A DNA stretch of 64,000 nucleotides. Origin: an uncultured virus (IMG/VR IMGVR_UViG_2814123061_000003) (lineage: Duplodnaviria > Heunggongvirae > Uroviricota > Caudoviricetes). The DNA is taken from IMG/VR virus record IMGVR_UViG_2814123061_000003; one strand, given 5' to 3'. A model generated the notes under the pieces. That model ran no database searches and was not told the DNA's origin. It worked only from the letters and a program-made list of their open reading frames with translations. Numbering within the stretch: the first letter of the stretch is position 1; each line of letters opens with the position of its first letter. Both the position numbers and the translations under genes were made by a program. Below, in pieces: positions 48,418-58,697 of the stretch.

Positions 48418-48855
48418 ATGTTCACGGCAGACTATTCAATAAGAAAGTATTTGATTAATAAATTAGCAGTGATTGTTAATTTACAATATCCATCAAAAGC
48501 CTCAGTAGATAATACTACAATGGTTTACATTGGTGATTCTTCTGTACAACGTACACAGATAGCTAAAGCAAATCAAATTGTAAACAATCAAATCGTACCT
48601 TCAACTATTAGAAATTTATGTGAATTTCGAGTTGAGTTTGTAGCTGTCGGACAATCATTTAAAAGTGCTTCAGATGAAATAGAAAAGATTCTTGAAGCAC
48701 TTTATACATCTGGTTTCTTTGATGAACTAAACCAGCAACTTCCAATGCCATTATTCAATATCCGTATTGAAGATAGCCTAATGACTACTCAAGCCGAAGC
48801 AACGGAAACCGCTTATGTACACACGCAAACTCTATCTTTTAGCTATGGGGAATAA
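48418..48855 (+). CDS. Putative tail terminator
   Basis: Size and position before tail tube. Confidence 0.5.
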   Translation: MFTADYSIRKYLINKLAVIVNLQYPSKASVDNTTMVYIGDSSVQRTQIAKANQIVNNQIVPSTIRNLCEFRVEFVAVGQSFKSASDEIEKILEALYTSGFFDELNQQLPMPLFNIRIEDSLMTTQAEATETAYVHTQTLSFSYGE

Positions 48856-48857
48856 TT

Positions 48858-50549
48858 ATGGCTCAAACATTTTTAGGGAATCTAACTACAGTATGGATTA
48901 ATACCGATACAACCAACGTTGATCCAAATGTCCGTACTTTTGTTCAAGTAGAAAACCTTTCAGCATTTCCAAGTTTTAGTGAATCAACTTCTGTTTCAAC
49001 TGTAGAAACATATGATAGTACTTACACCTCTAAAGTAGCGGGTGATAGTTCATATGGTGATATGACTATTTCAGTTAACTATATTCCAGGTGAAAACGCC
49101 GTACTTGATTCTGTTGTTGATTCTCAGCAATTAGTACAGGTCAAGGTAGAAATGCTTGATGAAGGTTCAAACGATACTACCGTAAACTATGTGCTTTACA
49201 ACGGTTACTTATCCAGCGTTTCCGATACGTCGGATATGGATCAGGTTGTTACCCGCTCATACGTATTCACACCAGAAAGCCAGGTATCAGCAGGTATTCT
49301 TGATGAATCAGTAGTTGAACTCTATCGCGGTGATTGGGGTGTTGGTTCGAACGGTAACGAGTTTCCAAGCTATCAAGGCCGTGACGGTAACTCATTCGTT
49401 AAGATCGCAGCAGCCAACGCACCAACAGGTGTTGATATGTTGGGTATCACTAACCTTGATGGTTCTAACGGTACTCAATTGGTAATGAGCAAAACCGGTA
49501 CGCCAGTACTCAACTTTCGTAACTTCTCAACAGCAAGTAACGGGGCATGGTACAAGGTCTACACCAGTGCTGATAAACCAACGCTAACAGAACTTGGTGC
49601 GGCAGCCGCTACCGATCTCAGTTACTACGTACCAATCACACGTACTGTCAATGGTAAAGCACTTACAGCTAACATTACTCTGGTAGCAGCAGATATTAGT
49701 GATGTTTACTCTAAGACCTACATTGATTCAAACGTAGTACCGAAAGTGTTTCAATTAAACGGACACGCATTATCAGGAACGGCGTTGAACTTAGTAGCGG
49801 CAGATATACTTGATGTGTATTCACAGACACAGGCTAATAATACCTTTGTAGCTAAAACAGTTACTGTTAACGGATTGCCTTTAAGTAGCAATATCACACT
49901 AACGGCAGCACAACTTACTGATATGGCATCTTTAGCATATAGTAATAGTACTTATGTGCCTAAGACGTTCTTAATCAATAACAAGCCATTATCTGGTACT
50001 AACATTCAATTAGTAGCAGCAGATATTAGTGATGTATATTCCCGTACTGAAAGCAACGGATTGTTTGCGTTACGTATCACTACAATTAACGGTTATGCTT
50101 TAAACAGTAACGTAACCTTGAACTATAACGATGTAGGAACGTATTCAAAAGCACAAATTGATGCCAAAGATGCCGCACTACAAGCGAACATTGATACCAA
50201 AGTAACTATCACTCAAGACCTTCTAACAATAAATAACGTAGAAGATACATTAGAACTTGATATGTCTGATGGTAAACGTGTTTTCAAAGCAACTCTAACA
50301 GCACCAGTAACACAACTCAGTGTTATAAATGCGAGTGGAAGTAATTTAAACAGCCAAACTATCACGATGTTATTAACACAAGGAACAGGGGCAAATAAAA
50401 TTTCATGGCCTTCTAATGTTAAATGGTCTTATGGGCGTGAACCAGTATTAACCTTTACGAAAGATTCAATTGATGTAATTCAATTCTTGTCAATAGATGG
50501 AGGAAGTACCTGGTACGGCTCCTTACTAATGGCGGATCTACAAGAATGA
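48858..50549 (+). CDS. Tail-tube domain fused to fibre repeats and a C-terminal domain
   Basis: First ~140 aa align with 53425..53898; five ~36-aa NGxxLxxxxxLxAAD-type repeats at about 49629-50165. Confidence 0.8.
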   Translation: MAQTFLGNLTTVWINTDTTNVDPNVRTFVQVENLSAFPSFSESTSVSTVETYDSTYTSKVAGDSSYGDMTISVNYIPGENAVLDSVVDSQQLVQVKVEMLDEGSNDTTVNYVLYNGYLSSVSDTSDMDQVVTRSYVFTPESQVSAGILDESVVELYRGDWGVGSNGNEFPSYQGRDGNSFVKIAAANAPTGVDMLGITNLDGSNGTQLVMSKTGTPVLNFRNFSTASNGAWYKVYTSADKPTLTELGAAAATDLSYYVPITRTVNGKALTANITLVAADISDVYSKTYIDSNVVPKVFQLNGHALSGTALNLVAADILDVYSQTQANNTFVAKTVTVNGLPLSSNITLTAAQLTDMASLAYSNSTYVPKTFLINNKPLSGTNIQLVAADISDVYSRTESNGLFALRITTINGYALNSNVTLNYNDVGTYSKAQIDAKDAALQANIDTKVTITQDLLTINNVEDTLELDMSDGKRVFKATLTAPVTQLSVINASGSNLNSQTITMLLTQGTGANKISWPSNVKWSYGREPVLTFTKDSIDVIQFLSIDGGSTWYGSLLMADLQE

Positions 50550-53368
50550 TAAGAAAACAAAATATCAGCAATGCCCAACAGATGATTGAAGGGCATTGGA
50601 AATTTTTAGAACGTAATACTGGTTTAGTTAATGATAATAAAACAGATCACTATGTACTAAACCCACAAAACGTTATATGTAACAACAGGCATTTTATAGC
50701 GGAAACGGGATGGGAAGCACAACCGGACGGTGATGCAACCACAGAAGGACAATCCTTAGCAATTCTTGGTGCTATCTATGCGTATCAGGCAACCAAAGAA
50801 CCGTACTACCTACAACGTGCTAAAGACTTTTTCAACGCCTATCACATGGCGTTCTTCCGTGGTGTAGCGTTTCCTGATCCACCTGATGGTTCATTGCGTT
50901 GTAACTGGATCTGTAACGGTAAGGCTCCAGTACTGGCACATTACCCATTAGATCCAGAGTATCCAACTCACGGCGGGTTCAAGGGCGTATTGTTCACATG
51001 GACGAACGGACAAACACAGATACCTCATGGTTCACCTAACTACGGTGAATACCTCGATGCTGTATGGTTTGCCTTTCCAGAACGGGCGGGTCTTGGTTGG
51101 AACCAGGTTAACGCAACTGCCTACGCATGGTTAGCCAGTGAAGATAGCATTGATTGGGATACTAAAGCCCCTACTTATGATGTTGATTGGATTGTTGACC
51201 GTACAGGCCGAAAGGTAGATAGCAATGGTGATGTACTGGCAGAAGGGCTAACAAGTCAGATCGGTACAGTCCAGCTCAAGGACACGTCTATAAACGGCAA
51301 TTACCGATTCAATTACGCAACTAAAAACCCTGTATCAGAGGGTGGTTATCTCATGGGGCGTAATGAGCGTTGGCACAACAGGCCAGTAAACGTACCTATT
51401 GATAACTATGGTACGCTCGACTTTTCTGATAACGCCTCAGATGCTGAATTGTGGTTCTGTCAGGCATGTAAATTACTATGGGATATTACAGGCGAACGTA
51501 TCTATTACTTAGCATGGCAGAATTCACTAATTACTTGTACTGGTTATTCTGATATTGATAAATTTGATATGTTCTTTCGTAAGAGTGCTATTGCTTTAAC
51601 GCCTTTTACAGATGGTATCTCATACGATTATTTCTATCCAAGTGATCAAGTAGCATCATATTCACGTGATTCAGATGGCTATATTGTCATAAATCAAAGT
51701 GCCTCAGCACAAACAACACTTGAACAACAATCTATATGGTTCAAGTTTAATAATAGTTCATCATTCCATGTTGAATATAGTGGTGTTGATACAACTGGTA
51801 AGCCGTTAAGCCTTGCTGTAGCTATGACAGTTAATAAAACAAAAACAGAAGATGGTGCTATTAGATACCGTTGCGGTTTACCTATTACTAATACAGATAA
51901 TAGTATTATTTCAATGGATATTCCAATGAACCACTTTACCAGAATTGCTAAACCTGATGGTGGACAGTACTTAACCGCAGATATGCGTATGTTATCTGAC
52001 TATGGGGATAATACAGTAACTTCACTTCAATATGTTTCCGGTATCGCTGGAACGTACTATGACAACGTGATTTCTACTACTATGGATTCTGACGGTAGTT
52101 CTACAGTTGGATTCTGGATCTTTGATGATGAAACACAGGACTTAAACAGCTTCACATACAGAACATATGCTGATGATTTTAATATCCGTATTGTTGATGA
52201 TCTTGGTTGGCGTTGGTGGACTATGCTACCAGCAAGTAACGGGGCATGGGTAACACAAACGTTTAATGTACTGGATTTTAAATTGAGTTCTTATCAACCG
52301 GATCATGAAGAAGGTGATGAACAGCCCGGACAACCAACACTAACAGGACGTGAAGAGTTTACGCTATTACTTGATACCGATCCGGTTGATGGTGTCTCAG
52401 GGCGTATTGACTGGTATTGTGTTAACGATTTGCCAGCACTTTATAATGATGGTGGTACAGGGGATTATTCAGTACTGGTTTCTCTAACTTTCAACGATAG
52501 TACCAGTAGTGGATATACAGCACGTTTAGGTGATTGTGTAATTCGTAATTACATGCTTGATAGTTTGTCATATACACCCGGACTAATACCATTTAGTAAC
52601 ATCACAGATCCATATGCTCAACTGTATTCCGGTTGGCGTGGTCTACCATATCCAGGTTATCAACTACCCGCTATATGGTGTTTCAAAGGTACTACAATTG
52701 ATCAAACCAGACTAAATAATAGTATTAAGTTCTTATGTGATGCTCAAGATTGGTTTACTAATAAATTCCATCCTGCTTTACCTGGTCCATGTGCTCAGGC
52801 TTATGTATGGAACCGTCAGGACGCATTAGCATATTCACCTGATGGACAACCGGATCAATTCATTATGCAGCACTGGTATGAAGAAGCATGGTCAGGTTAT
52901 GAACCTCGTGCGTTCTTTGGTGGTTGTGATGTGGTCCATGAACTATATCAACGTGGTGATTATGCTATTCCGCAGAACATTATTACGTACTGTAATAACT
53001 GGATGAATTACTTAAAGTGGTTCATGAAAAATAATGATGGTCACGCACCAACACGATTTAAAGATACAGGTGAAGTTATCTATGATGGCTTTACAGGTCA
53101 TATGTCTGGTTTGTGGCTTGCTGGTGCTTCAATGATGGCAATAGCAGGTTATCCAGATCACGAATTACTTGATTTACTATTCGCGGAAATTCAACAGAAC
53201 TATAACGTAGTTTCAGCTAATCACGTAATGAATGGTGGCTGGTCATCAGCTATCAGAAGTGGAACACCTACTACACCACAGAACAACTCTATGTTCTTTG
53301 GATTCTATACAGGTGAACTACTAAGAGGTTTAGCACTTTACATGAAGTACTACAACCAACATATATAA
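50546..53368 (+). CDS. Large tail-associated protein, GH8-like glycosidase
   Basis: ATTEGQSLAIL and DNASDAELW resemble GH8 catalytic motifs; ATGA-coupled to tube-fibre gene. Confidence 0.6.
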   Translation: MIRKQNISNAQQMIEGHWKFLERNTGLVNDNKTDHYVLNPQNVICNNRHFIAETGWEAQPDGDATTEGQSLAILGAIYAYQATKEPYYLQRAKDFFNAYHMAFFRGVAFPDPPDGSLRCNWICNGKAPVLAHYPLDPEYPTHGGFKGVLFTWTNGQTQIPHGSPNYGEYLDAVWFAFPERAGLGWNQVNATAYAWLASEDSIDWDTKAPTYDVDWIVDRTGRKVDSNGDVLAEGLTSQIGTVQLKDTSINGNYRFNYATKNPVSEGGYLMGRNERWHNRPVNVPIDNYGTLDFSDNASDAELWFCQACKLLWDITGERIYYLAWQNSLITCTGYSDIDKFDMFFRKSAIALTPFTDGISYDYFYPSDQVASYSRDSDGYIVINQSASAQTTLEQQSIWFKFNNSSSFHVEYSGVDTTGKPLSLAVAMTVNKTKTEDGAIRYRCGLPITNTDNSIISMDIPMNHFTRIAKPDGGQYLTADMRMLSDYGDNTVTSLQYVSGIAGTYYDNVISTTMDSDGSSTVGFWIFDDETQDLNSFTYRTYADDFNIRIVDDLGWRWWTMLPASNGAWVTQTFNVLDFKLSSYQPDHEEGDEQPGQPTLTGREEFTLLLDTDPVDGVSGRIDWYCVNDLPALYNDGGTGDYSVLVSLTFNDSTSSGYTARLGDCVIRNYMLDSLSYTPGLIPFSNITDPYAQLYSGWRGLPYPGYQLPAIWCFKGTTIDQTRLNNSIKFLCDAQDWFTNKFHPALPGPCAQAYVWNRQDALAYSPDGQPDQFIMQHWYEEAWSGYEPRAFFGGCDVVHELYQRGDYAIPQNIITYCNNWMNYLKWFMKNNDGHAPTRFKDTGEVIYDGFTGHMSGLWLAGASMMAIAGYPDHELLDLLFAEIQQNYNVVSANHVMNGGWSSAIRSGTPTTPQNNSMFFGFYTGELLRGLALYMKYYNQHI

Positions 53369-53424
53369 ATAAACAGAAGGGGTATCAAGGACTGATGCCC
53401 CAAATATATAAAGGAATATTAAAT

Positions 53425-53898
53425 ATGGCTTTTAATTCTATTTTTGTAGGCAATAATGTAAAAGTTGAAATCGCTAATGCTCCAGCGGGTGGCGGTCAGG
53501 CAACTACTTTTACTGTTGTTGAAGAAGTTGGTGCTTTTCCATCAGCGGCAGGTGCGGAATCTAACGTTGTTAGTGTGAACACTTTCGGTCAACAGTACGC
53601 TAAGAAATTGCTTGGTTCTCGTTCAGTACCGGATCTAACTCTAACTGTTAACTGGAAACCAGGTGCGACAGGTCAAGAAATGCTTGCGGCAGCCGCAGCA
53701 GCACAAACCCTAATCCAGGTTAAAGTAACTTATTATCAAAATATTGATGATCAAGATGGTGCGGCTTATTACAGCATCGTAAACGGTTATGTAAGTTCTG
53801 ATGTAGTTAACGGTGATTTTGATGGTGTAGTAACTCGTGATTTCGTTGTTTCCGTTACTGGTGCTCCAATTGCGGTTGGTGAAGTTACTGGTGCGTAA
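53425..53898 (+). CDS. Major tail tube protein
   Basis: KLLGSRSVPDLTLTVNWKPG pattern; precedes chaperones and tape measure. Confidence 0.8.
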   Translation: MAFNSIFVGNNVKVEIANAPAGGGQATTFTVVEEVGAFPSAAGAESNVVSVNTFGQQYAKKLLGSRSVPDLTLTVNWKPGATGQEMLAAAAAAQTLIQVKVTYYQNIDDQDGAAYYSIVNGYVSSDVVNGDFDGVVTRDFVVSVTGAPIAVGEVTGA

Positions 53899-53938
53899 GT
53901 ACTAAATACTACAAACCAACTAACAAGGATAAAGCGAA

Positions 53939-54229
53939 ATGGATTTTACTAATCTTATGAATGCTATTGGTGTGAAATTAACACCAGTAGTACTAACACC
54001 AGAATGTACTGTATACATCAAACTACCAACTATTACCCAACACGCAGAAGTTTCAGATCCATATAAAGCGATCTTCTATTGTGTGGTTGATGAAAGTGGT
54101 AAACAGATTTTTGATTCACCTGAACAAGTTGAACAGAATGTTGATTTAACAGTACAACTAAAACTAAATGCCGAGATCGGTAATGTGTTTGCCAAATCCT
54201 TTAATGTTGAGGATGTAGAGGCAAAGTAA
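53939..54229 (+). CDS. Tail assembly chaperone (G-like)
   Basis: Position; ends in G GCA AAG TAA. Confidence 0.75.
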   Translation: MDFTNLMNAIGVKLTPVVLTPECTVYIKLPTITQHAEVSDPYKAIFYCVVDESGKQIFDSPEQVEQNVDLTVQLKLNAEIGNVFAKSFNVEDVEAK

Positions 54230-54597
54230 GACGCGATCCGATTCTCAGACTATCACTATCTTTATTGTATAACAGCGGGTGTAGTGTGGATGATCTCTAC
54301 ACTATGCCCGTTTTGCTTTTCTTCTACCTATTAGTTTTCAAAGAATCGGTTGATCCTGATTCATCACAAATTGAACAAATCAGGCATACAGAACTACTAC
54401 AGGCAATATGGTTAAGTACTGGCAATATCAAGAAAGAAGATATACCGAAATTTAGTATCTATGAACTCGATTCATTGAACATTATTTCAAATAAAACCTT
54501 AGCTGAACAACAAGCAGAGAGGGAGAAGAAGATCGCAGAACAACAAAAAGCAAACATGCTTAATTGGATGGGAGTAAAGCCACATGGCAAACAATAA
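54226..54597 (+). CDS. Tail assembly chaperone -1 frame extension (T-like)
   Basis: Open -1 frame VRRDPILRLSLSLLYN... with no good start of its own. Confidence 0.7.
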   Translation, partial: VRRDPILRLSLSLLYNSGCSVDDLYTMPVLLFFYLLVFKESVDPDSSQIEQIRHTELLQAIWLSTGNIKKEDIPKFSIYELDSLNIISNKTLAEQQAEREKKIAEQQKANMLNWMGVKPHGKQ

Positions 54598-57046
54598 TAA
54601 ACAATCAATGATATTTGAAATCACAGGTGATGAATCTGGATTACAAAAATCATTAAAAAACGCAGCAAATGATATAGGTGATTTTGGGGATCGTGCTGGC
54701 GGTGTGTTCGGTAGTTTCAACACCGGACTATCAACCACGGCTAAAGCTATGTCTGGTTTCGCTGGTGCGGTAGGGGTGGCAGGTATCGCCATTGCCGCCA
54801 CATTAGCCAACGTTCAAGCTCAATCAGAAAAGGCGTTTGAAGTCTTTCAGGCAGCATCACTATCACAAACTGGCATAGTACAGATACAACAGGCGGCTAA
54901 TATGTTTGCGGGTGTTGGTCTGACTATGGATCAAGTAGCCGATCAGATGAAAGATGCTAAGGATAAGTTAGGCGATGCTATCACGAATAACGCTGGCTCT
55001 ATGCTAACCGATGTGATTCAACCATTGAAGTTGAATATGTTTGAGTTACAGAAAGCAGCAGAAAACGGTGAAGATATTATTGCTAAGATTTACTATCAAG
55101 CTAAACAAATGGGTTTTAGTCAGGCTCAGATTGTACAGATGATGGAAACCGTAGCTAACGATGCTACTAAACGCATGACTGTATATAGAGAATTCAGTAC
55201 TGAACAAGAGTACCAAAATAGCCTTGCTAATGAAACTATACAGTTAACAGCAGAGCAATCACGACAATTTGAAGAATATAGAACGGCAACTAATAATCTA
55301 TCAAGGGCGTGGGATGCGTGGCGAAATTCAACACTTGCCCCTGTTGCTAAAAGCCTTGCTGATATTCTTGATCTAATGACTAAGATACTCAACAGTAAGC
55401 CAGTGGCAGCAGCCGCAGCAGCTACGAGTAAGCAGGGTATACAGGCAGTACAGGAATATCAAAAACAGTACCAACAACAGATACAGAAAAACTCTTCTAT
55501 CTATGGTGCTCAGATGGTAGAGGAACAGCAGAAGCAACAAGAAGCCAATAACAAAACCTTTGAGAATCTTTTAGCAAATCTTGATGCCGCACATAATCTA
55601 CTTGATAAACAGAAAGAAGAATATAACAAAGGTTCAGATAGAAGTGTTATTGATACAGCGTTGAAACCTTATCTATCAGCTAAGCAGAAGACACAAGCAC
55701 AGATTGATACTCTTGATGCTACTCACAAACAATTACGAGCAACTATTAAAGATTCTTTAGTACGTGCATATAAGGGTGATGAAGCGGCAATGAATGCCGA
55801 TTTAGCTAAACTTGATGAAGGTTATAAAGCTAACCGTGAGAAGTTAGTAAAAAGCCTAACAGCCGATGAAGATAAAGCACGTGAAGATAAAGCTAAGAAA
55901 GATGAAGCAGCAGCCAAGAAAGCACAAGCCGCACAAGATAAACTTAATGAACAAACTAAAAGAGCAAAAGCACTATTAGAACAAACCCTATCACAGATCG
56001 GTACTAACGAAGCTCAGATACGTATTACTCGTTTTAACTATGAACAAGATGAAATTGAAAAACGTATCAGTACAGCAGGTAAATTAGCTGGTAAGAGTGA
56101 AACTGAAATTACAGCAATGTTAGATCAGCAATATAAAAGCCGTGCGACTAAGTACAAAACTATGGTTGATGAAATGCTTGCTGAAACAGACCGTTTAAAA
56201 CAAGCACAAAACATTGCCGCAATTGCCAGTGATCCGAATGCCACACCAGAGGCTAAAGCCAAAGCAGCAGCAGCGGGTAAGACGTGGACAGGTGACACAG
56301 CAGGTCAGGGTTTAGGGTATACAAACCCATTAGACTTCTCACCAGATCCAACGAAAGTACAGCAAGTAAACACTGAACAGCAAGAGAACCAGGATGGGGC
56401 TAAAGCTCTATACGATGCCAAAGTAATTGGGTTCCAGGAGTACCAGGATCAGCTAACAGCGATTCAGGCCAACGCCGATATGAAACGTGGTCGATTAACC
56501 GCAGACGCCTTAACCAGTACTTTAGGTATGTGGCAAGCTGGGGCAGGTGATGTAGGAACTATCATGGCTGGGGTTTTCGGTGAGTCATCAGCAGCGGCTA
56601 AGGCAGCTTTTGCCGTAAGTAAAGGTATTGCCATTGCTCAGGCAGTGATCAACATCCAGCAGGGCATATCCGAAGCAATCAAACTTGGGTGGCCTATGGG
56701 GATCGCAGCAGGTCTACAGGTAGCAGCTCAAGGTGCGTCCATTGTCCGTACTATTAAAGGTACAGCTATTCAGGGGCAAGCCCATGATGGTTGGGATTCA
56801 CTACCAAGTACTGGTACATACAATCTTGAAAAAGGTGAACGTGTAGTAGGTAAATCACTAAACCAGGATTTAACAAAATACTTGAGTAATCAGGATGGTA
56901 GTAAATCAGGTGATATTAAGATTGACGCACCGTTAATTATTAATAGTAATGGTCAAATCTCAGATTCAGATTTCCAAAAGATGTGTGATAAACACGCTGA
57001 TACTATTGTTCAGGCAACACGTAAATCTCAGAAGAATAACGTATAA
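54584..57046 (+). CDS. Tape measure protein
   Basis: Ala/Gln-rich helical; C-terminal GQAHDG...TYNLEKGERV. Confidence 0.92.
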   Translation: MANNNKQSMIFEITGDESGLQKSLKNAANDIGDFGDRAGGVFGSFNTGLSTTAKAMSGFAGAVGVAGIAIAATLANVQAQSEKAFEVFQAASLSQTGIVQIQQAANMFAGVGLTMDQVADQMKDAKDKLGDAITNNAGSMLTDVIQPLKLNMFELQKAAENGEDIIAKIYYQAKQMGFSQAQIVQMMETVANDATKRMTVYREFSTEQEYQNSLANETIQLTAEQSRQFEEYRTATNNLSRAWDAWRNSTLAPVAKSLADILDLMTKILNSKPVAAAAAATSKQGIQAVQEYQKQYQQQIQKNSSIYGAQMVEEQQKQQEANNKTFENLLANLDAAHNLLDKQKEEYNKGSDRSVIDTALKPYLSAKQKTQAQIDTLDATHKQLRATIKDSLVRAYKGDEAAMNADLAKLDEGYKANREKLVKSLTADEDKAREDKAKKDEAAAKKAQAAQDKLNEQTKRAKALLEQTLSQIGTNEAQIRITRFNYEQDEIEKRISTAGKLAGKSETEITAMLDQQYKSRATKYKTMVDEMLAETDRLKQAQNIAAIASDPNATPEAKAKAAAAGKTWTGDTAGQGLGYTNPLDFSPDPTKVQQVNTEQQENQDGAKALYDAKVIGFQEYQDQLTAIQANADMKRGRLTADALTSTLGMWQAGAGDVGTIMAGVFGESSAAAKAAFAVSKGIAIAQAVINIQQGISEAIKLGWPMGIAAGLQVAAQGASIVRTIKGTAIQGQAHDGWDSLPSTGTYNLEKGERVVGKSLNQDLTKYLSNQDGSKSGDIKIDAPLIINSNGQISDSDFQKMCDKHADTIVQATRKSQKNNV

Positions 57047-57097
57047 ATATCATATGGCCCACATGGATTGTGGGCTAACTATTAAAGGAATAATAAT

Positions 57098-57652
57098 ATG
57101 TTAAATAACACTCTTATTAGTGAGTTCATGTTAACGGACAATATACCGCAATACCAAAACCAAACATGGACAGGTGAAACTATTACACGTGTTGTTGGTT
57201 CGCAGTACTTTACCCTTAGTTTCAAAGTTACCTTAAACAAGATGAACCGTGCTGAACTCGCTAACTTCTACGCTTTATATGGTCAGGGCAAACCGTTCTC
57301 TATGCCTCTTGGATGGTGGAGTACATACAACGGTACTCAAACATCACAAGTACAGGCAACAGCAGCAAGGGCAGCGGGGGCAACATCCATTGCCGTTAAT
57401 GCTAATACACTTGAAGTTGGTACGTTAATTCAATTCAACGGACACAAGAAACTATACCGAATCATAGCCAACACTGGCAACGTGATTAGTATCTTCCCTG
57501 GATTAATCAAAAACATCCAACTTGGGGAAGTAATGAAATATGACAATATTCAAGGTTCATTTATTCTTACACCACAGAACGCAGCATATCAGATGCCAAG
57601 TACAAATATTATGGAAGTGACAATAAATGCAACCGAAAACATCAGAGGTTAA
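57098..57652 (+). CDS. Distal tail protein
   Basis: Follows tape measure; LYGQGKPF, ISIFPGL. Confidence 0.7.
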   Translation: MLNNTLISEFMLTDNIPQYQNQTWTGETITRVVGSQYFTLSFKVTLNKMNRAELANFYALYGQGKPFSMPLGWWSTYNGTQTSQVQATAARAAGATSIAVNANTLEVGTLIQFNGHKKLYRIIANTGNVISIFPGLIKNIQLGEVMKYDNIQGSFILTPQNAAYQMPSTNIMEVTINATENIRG

Positions 57653-57655
57653 TTT

Positions 57656-58300
57656 ATGTCTATTCCAAGTAATGTACTAACTAATGCGGATCTTGTCGCG
57701 TACTGGAACCTTACACGAGGCGATAACAAAACCGTACTAACAGAAAAAGAACTATATCAATGTGGTGTTATGGTAAAGCTAATAGATGTACTTCCACCTA
57801 CCGGAAGTAACATATATCTAACTGATGCCATTGCCGATCAAAACTATAATGGGATTAACTATAAGTCTGTACCTGATTTCCTTGATTCATCATTTGCTAA
57901 CTATGTAGAAAAGAACCAAATTAATAATAACGGTACTTCTTTAAAAGTAAGTAATGTAAGCCAGGATTATCTATCTATGGCGTTACGTGGATTGTGGAAT
58001 GATGCAAAAGTTAATATCTGGATGGGAATTGTTAACCCAGCTACAGGAGGTATTTTATATGCCTATCGTATGTTTAGTGGTTACATTGATTACTTTAGTT
58101 CAGACTTTAACAACACAGCAGGTAATACCACAAATGAAACAACAGTAAATCTAAATTCATTGTGGAAGAAGTTAGACCAAACACAACGCCTGTTATCAAG
58201 TACATCAGTACACCAATCATTACACACTGGTGATAAGTTCTTTGACCTAATAGGAATACTAAATAGTTCAGAACAATTCTGGAAGAGTAGTAAGAAATAA
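57656..58300 (+). CDS. Tail tip/hub protein
   Basis: MFSGYID, C-terminal GDKFFD; synteny. Confidence 0.7.
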   Translation: MSIPSNVLTNADLVAYWNLTRGDNKTVLTEKELYQCGVMVKLIDVLPPTGSNIYLTDAIADQNYNGINYKSVPDFLDSSFANYVEKNQINNNGTSLKVSNVSQDYLSMALRGLWNDAKVNIWMGIVNPATGGILYAYRMFSGYIDYFSSDFNNTAGNTTNETTVNLNSLWKKLDQTQRLLSSTSVHQSLHTGDKFFDLIGILNSSEQFWKSSKK

Positions 58301-58695
58301 TGAAAAACGGATTTATAACAGAGTACCTAAGTAGTTTAGTTGGTGAACCTTTAGTGTACGGTACTAATGATTGTCATATCATGGTGCTAACAGTAATTGA
58401 TATGATCACCGGTAGTAAATACCGTGATGAAATCTACCAGAAATACACAACACCAACAGCAGGTAGAAAATACGCAAAAGCAAACTGTAGTTATTCTACT
58501 CTACATCTATTGTGTAAAGAAAAAGGCCAATTAGTAACTGAACCACTTGATGGGGATATCATCATTTCATCAGGTCACAGTACAGTTTATTGGCGTGGGA
58601 AAGTAGTAATTTTATCAGAAGATAAATCTAACTATATCGTTTCTCAATATATCCCAAATGAAAAAGACAAAATATACAGATTTAAAGGGGAATAA
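58300..58695 (+). CDS. NlpC/P60-like tail protein
   Basis: YGTNDC, GDIII..GH. Confidence 0.7.
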   Translation: MKNGFITEYLSSLVGEPLVYGTNDCHIMVLTVIDMITGSKYRDEIYQKYTTPTAGRKYAKANCSYSTLHLLCKEKGQLVTEPLDGDIIISSGHSTVYWRGKVVILSEDKSNYIVSQYIPNEKDKIYRFKGE

Positions 58696-58697
58696 CT

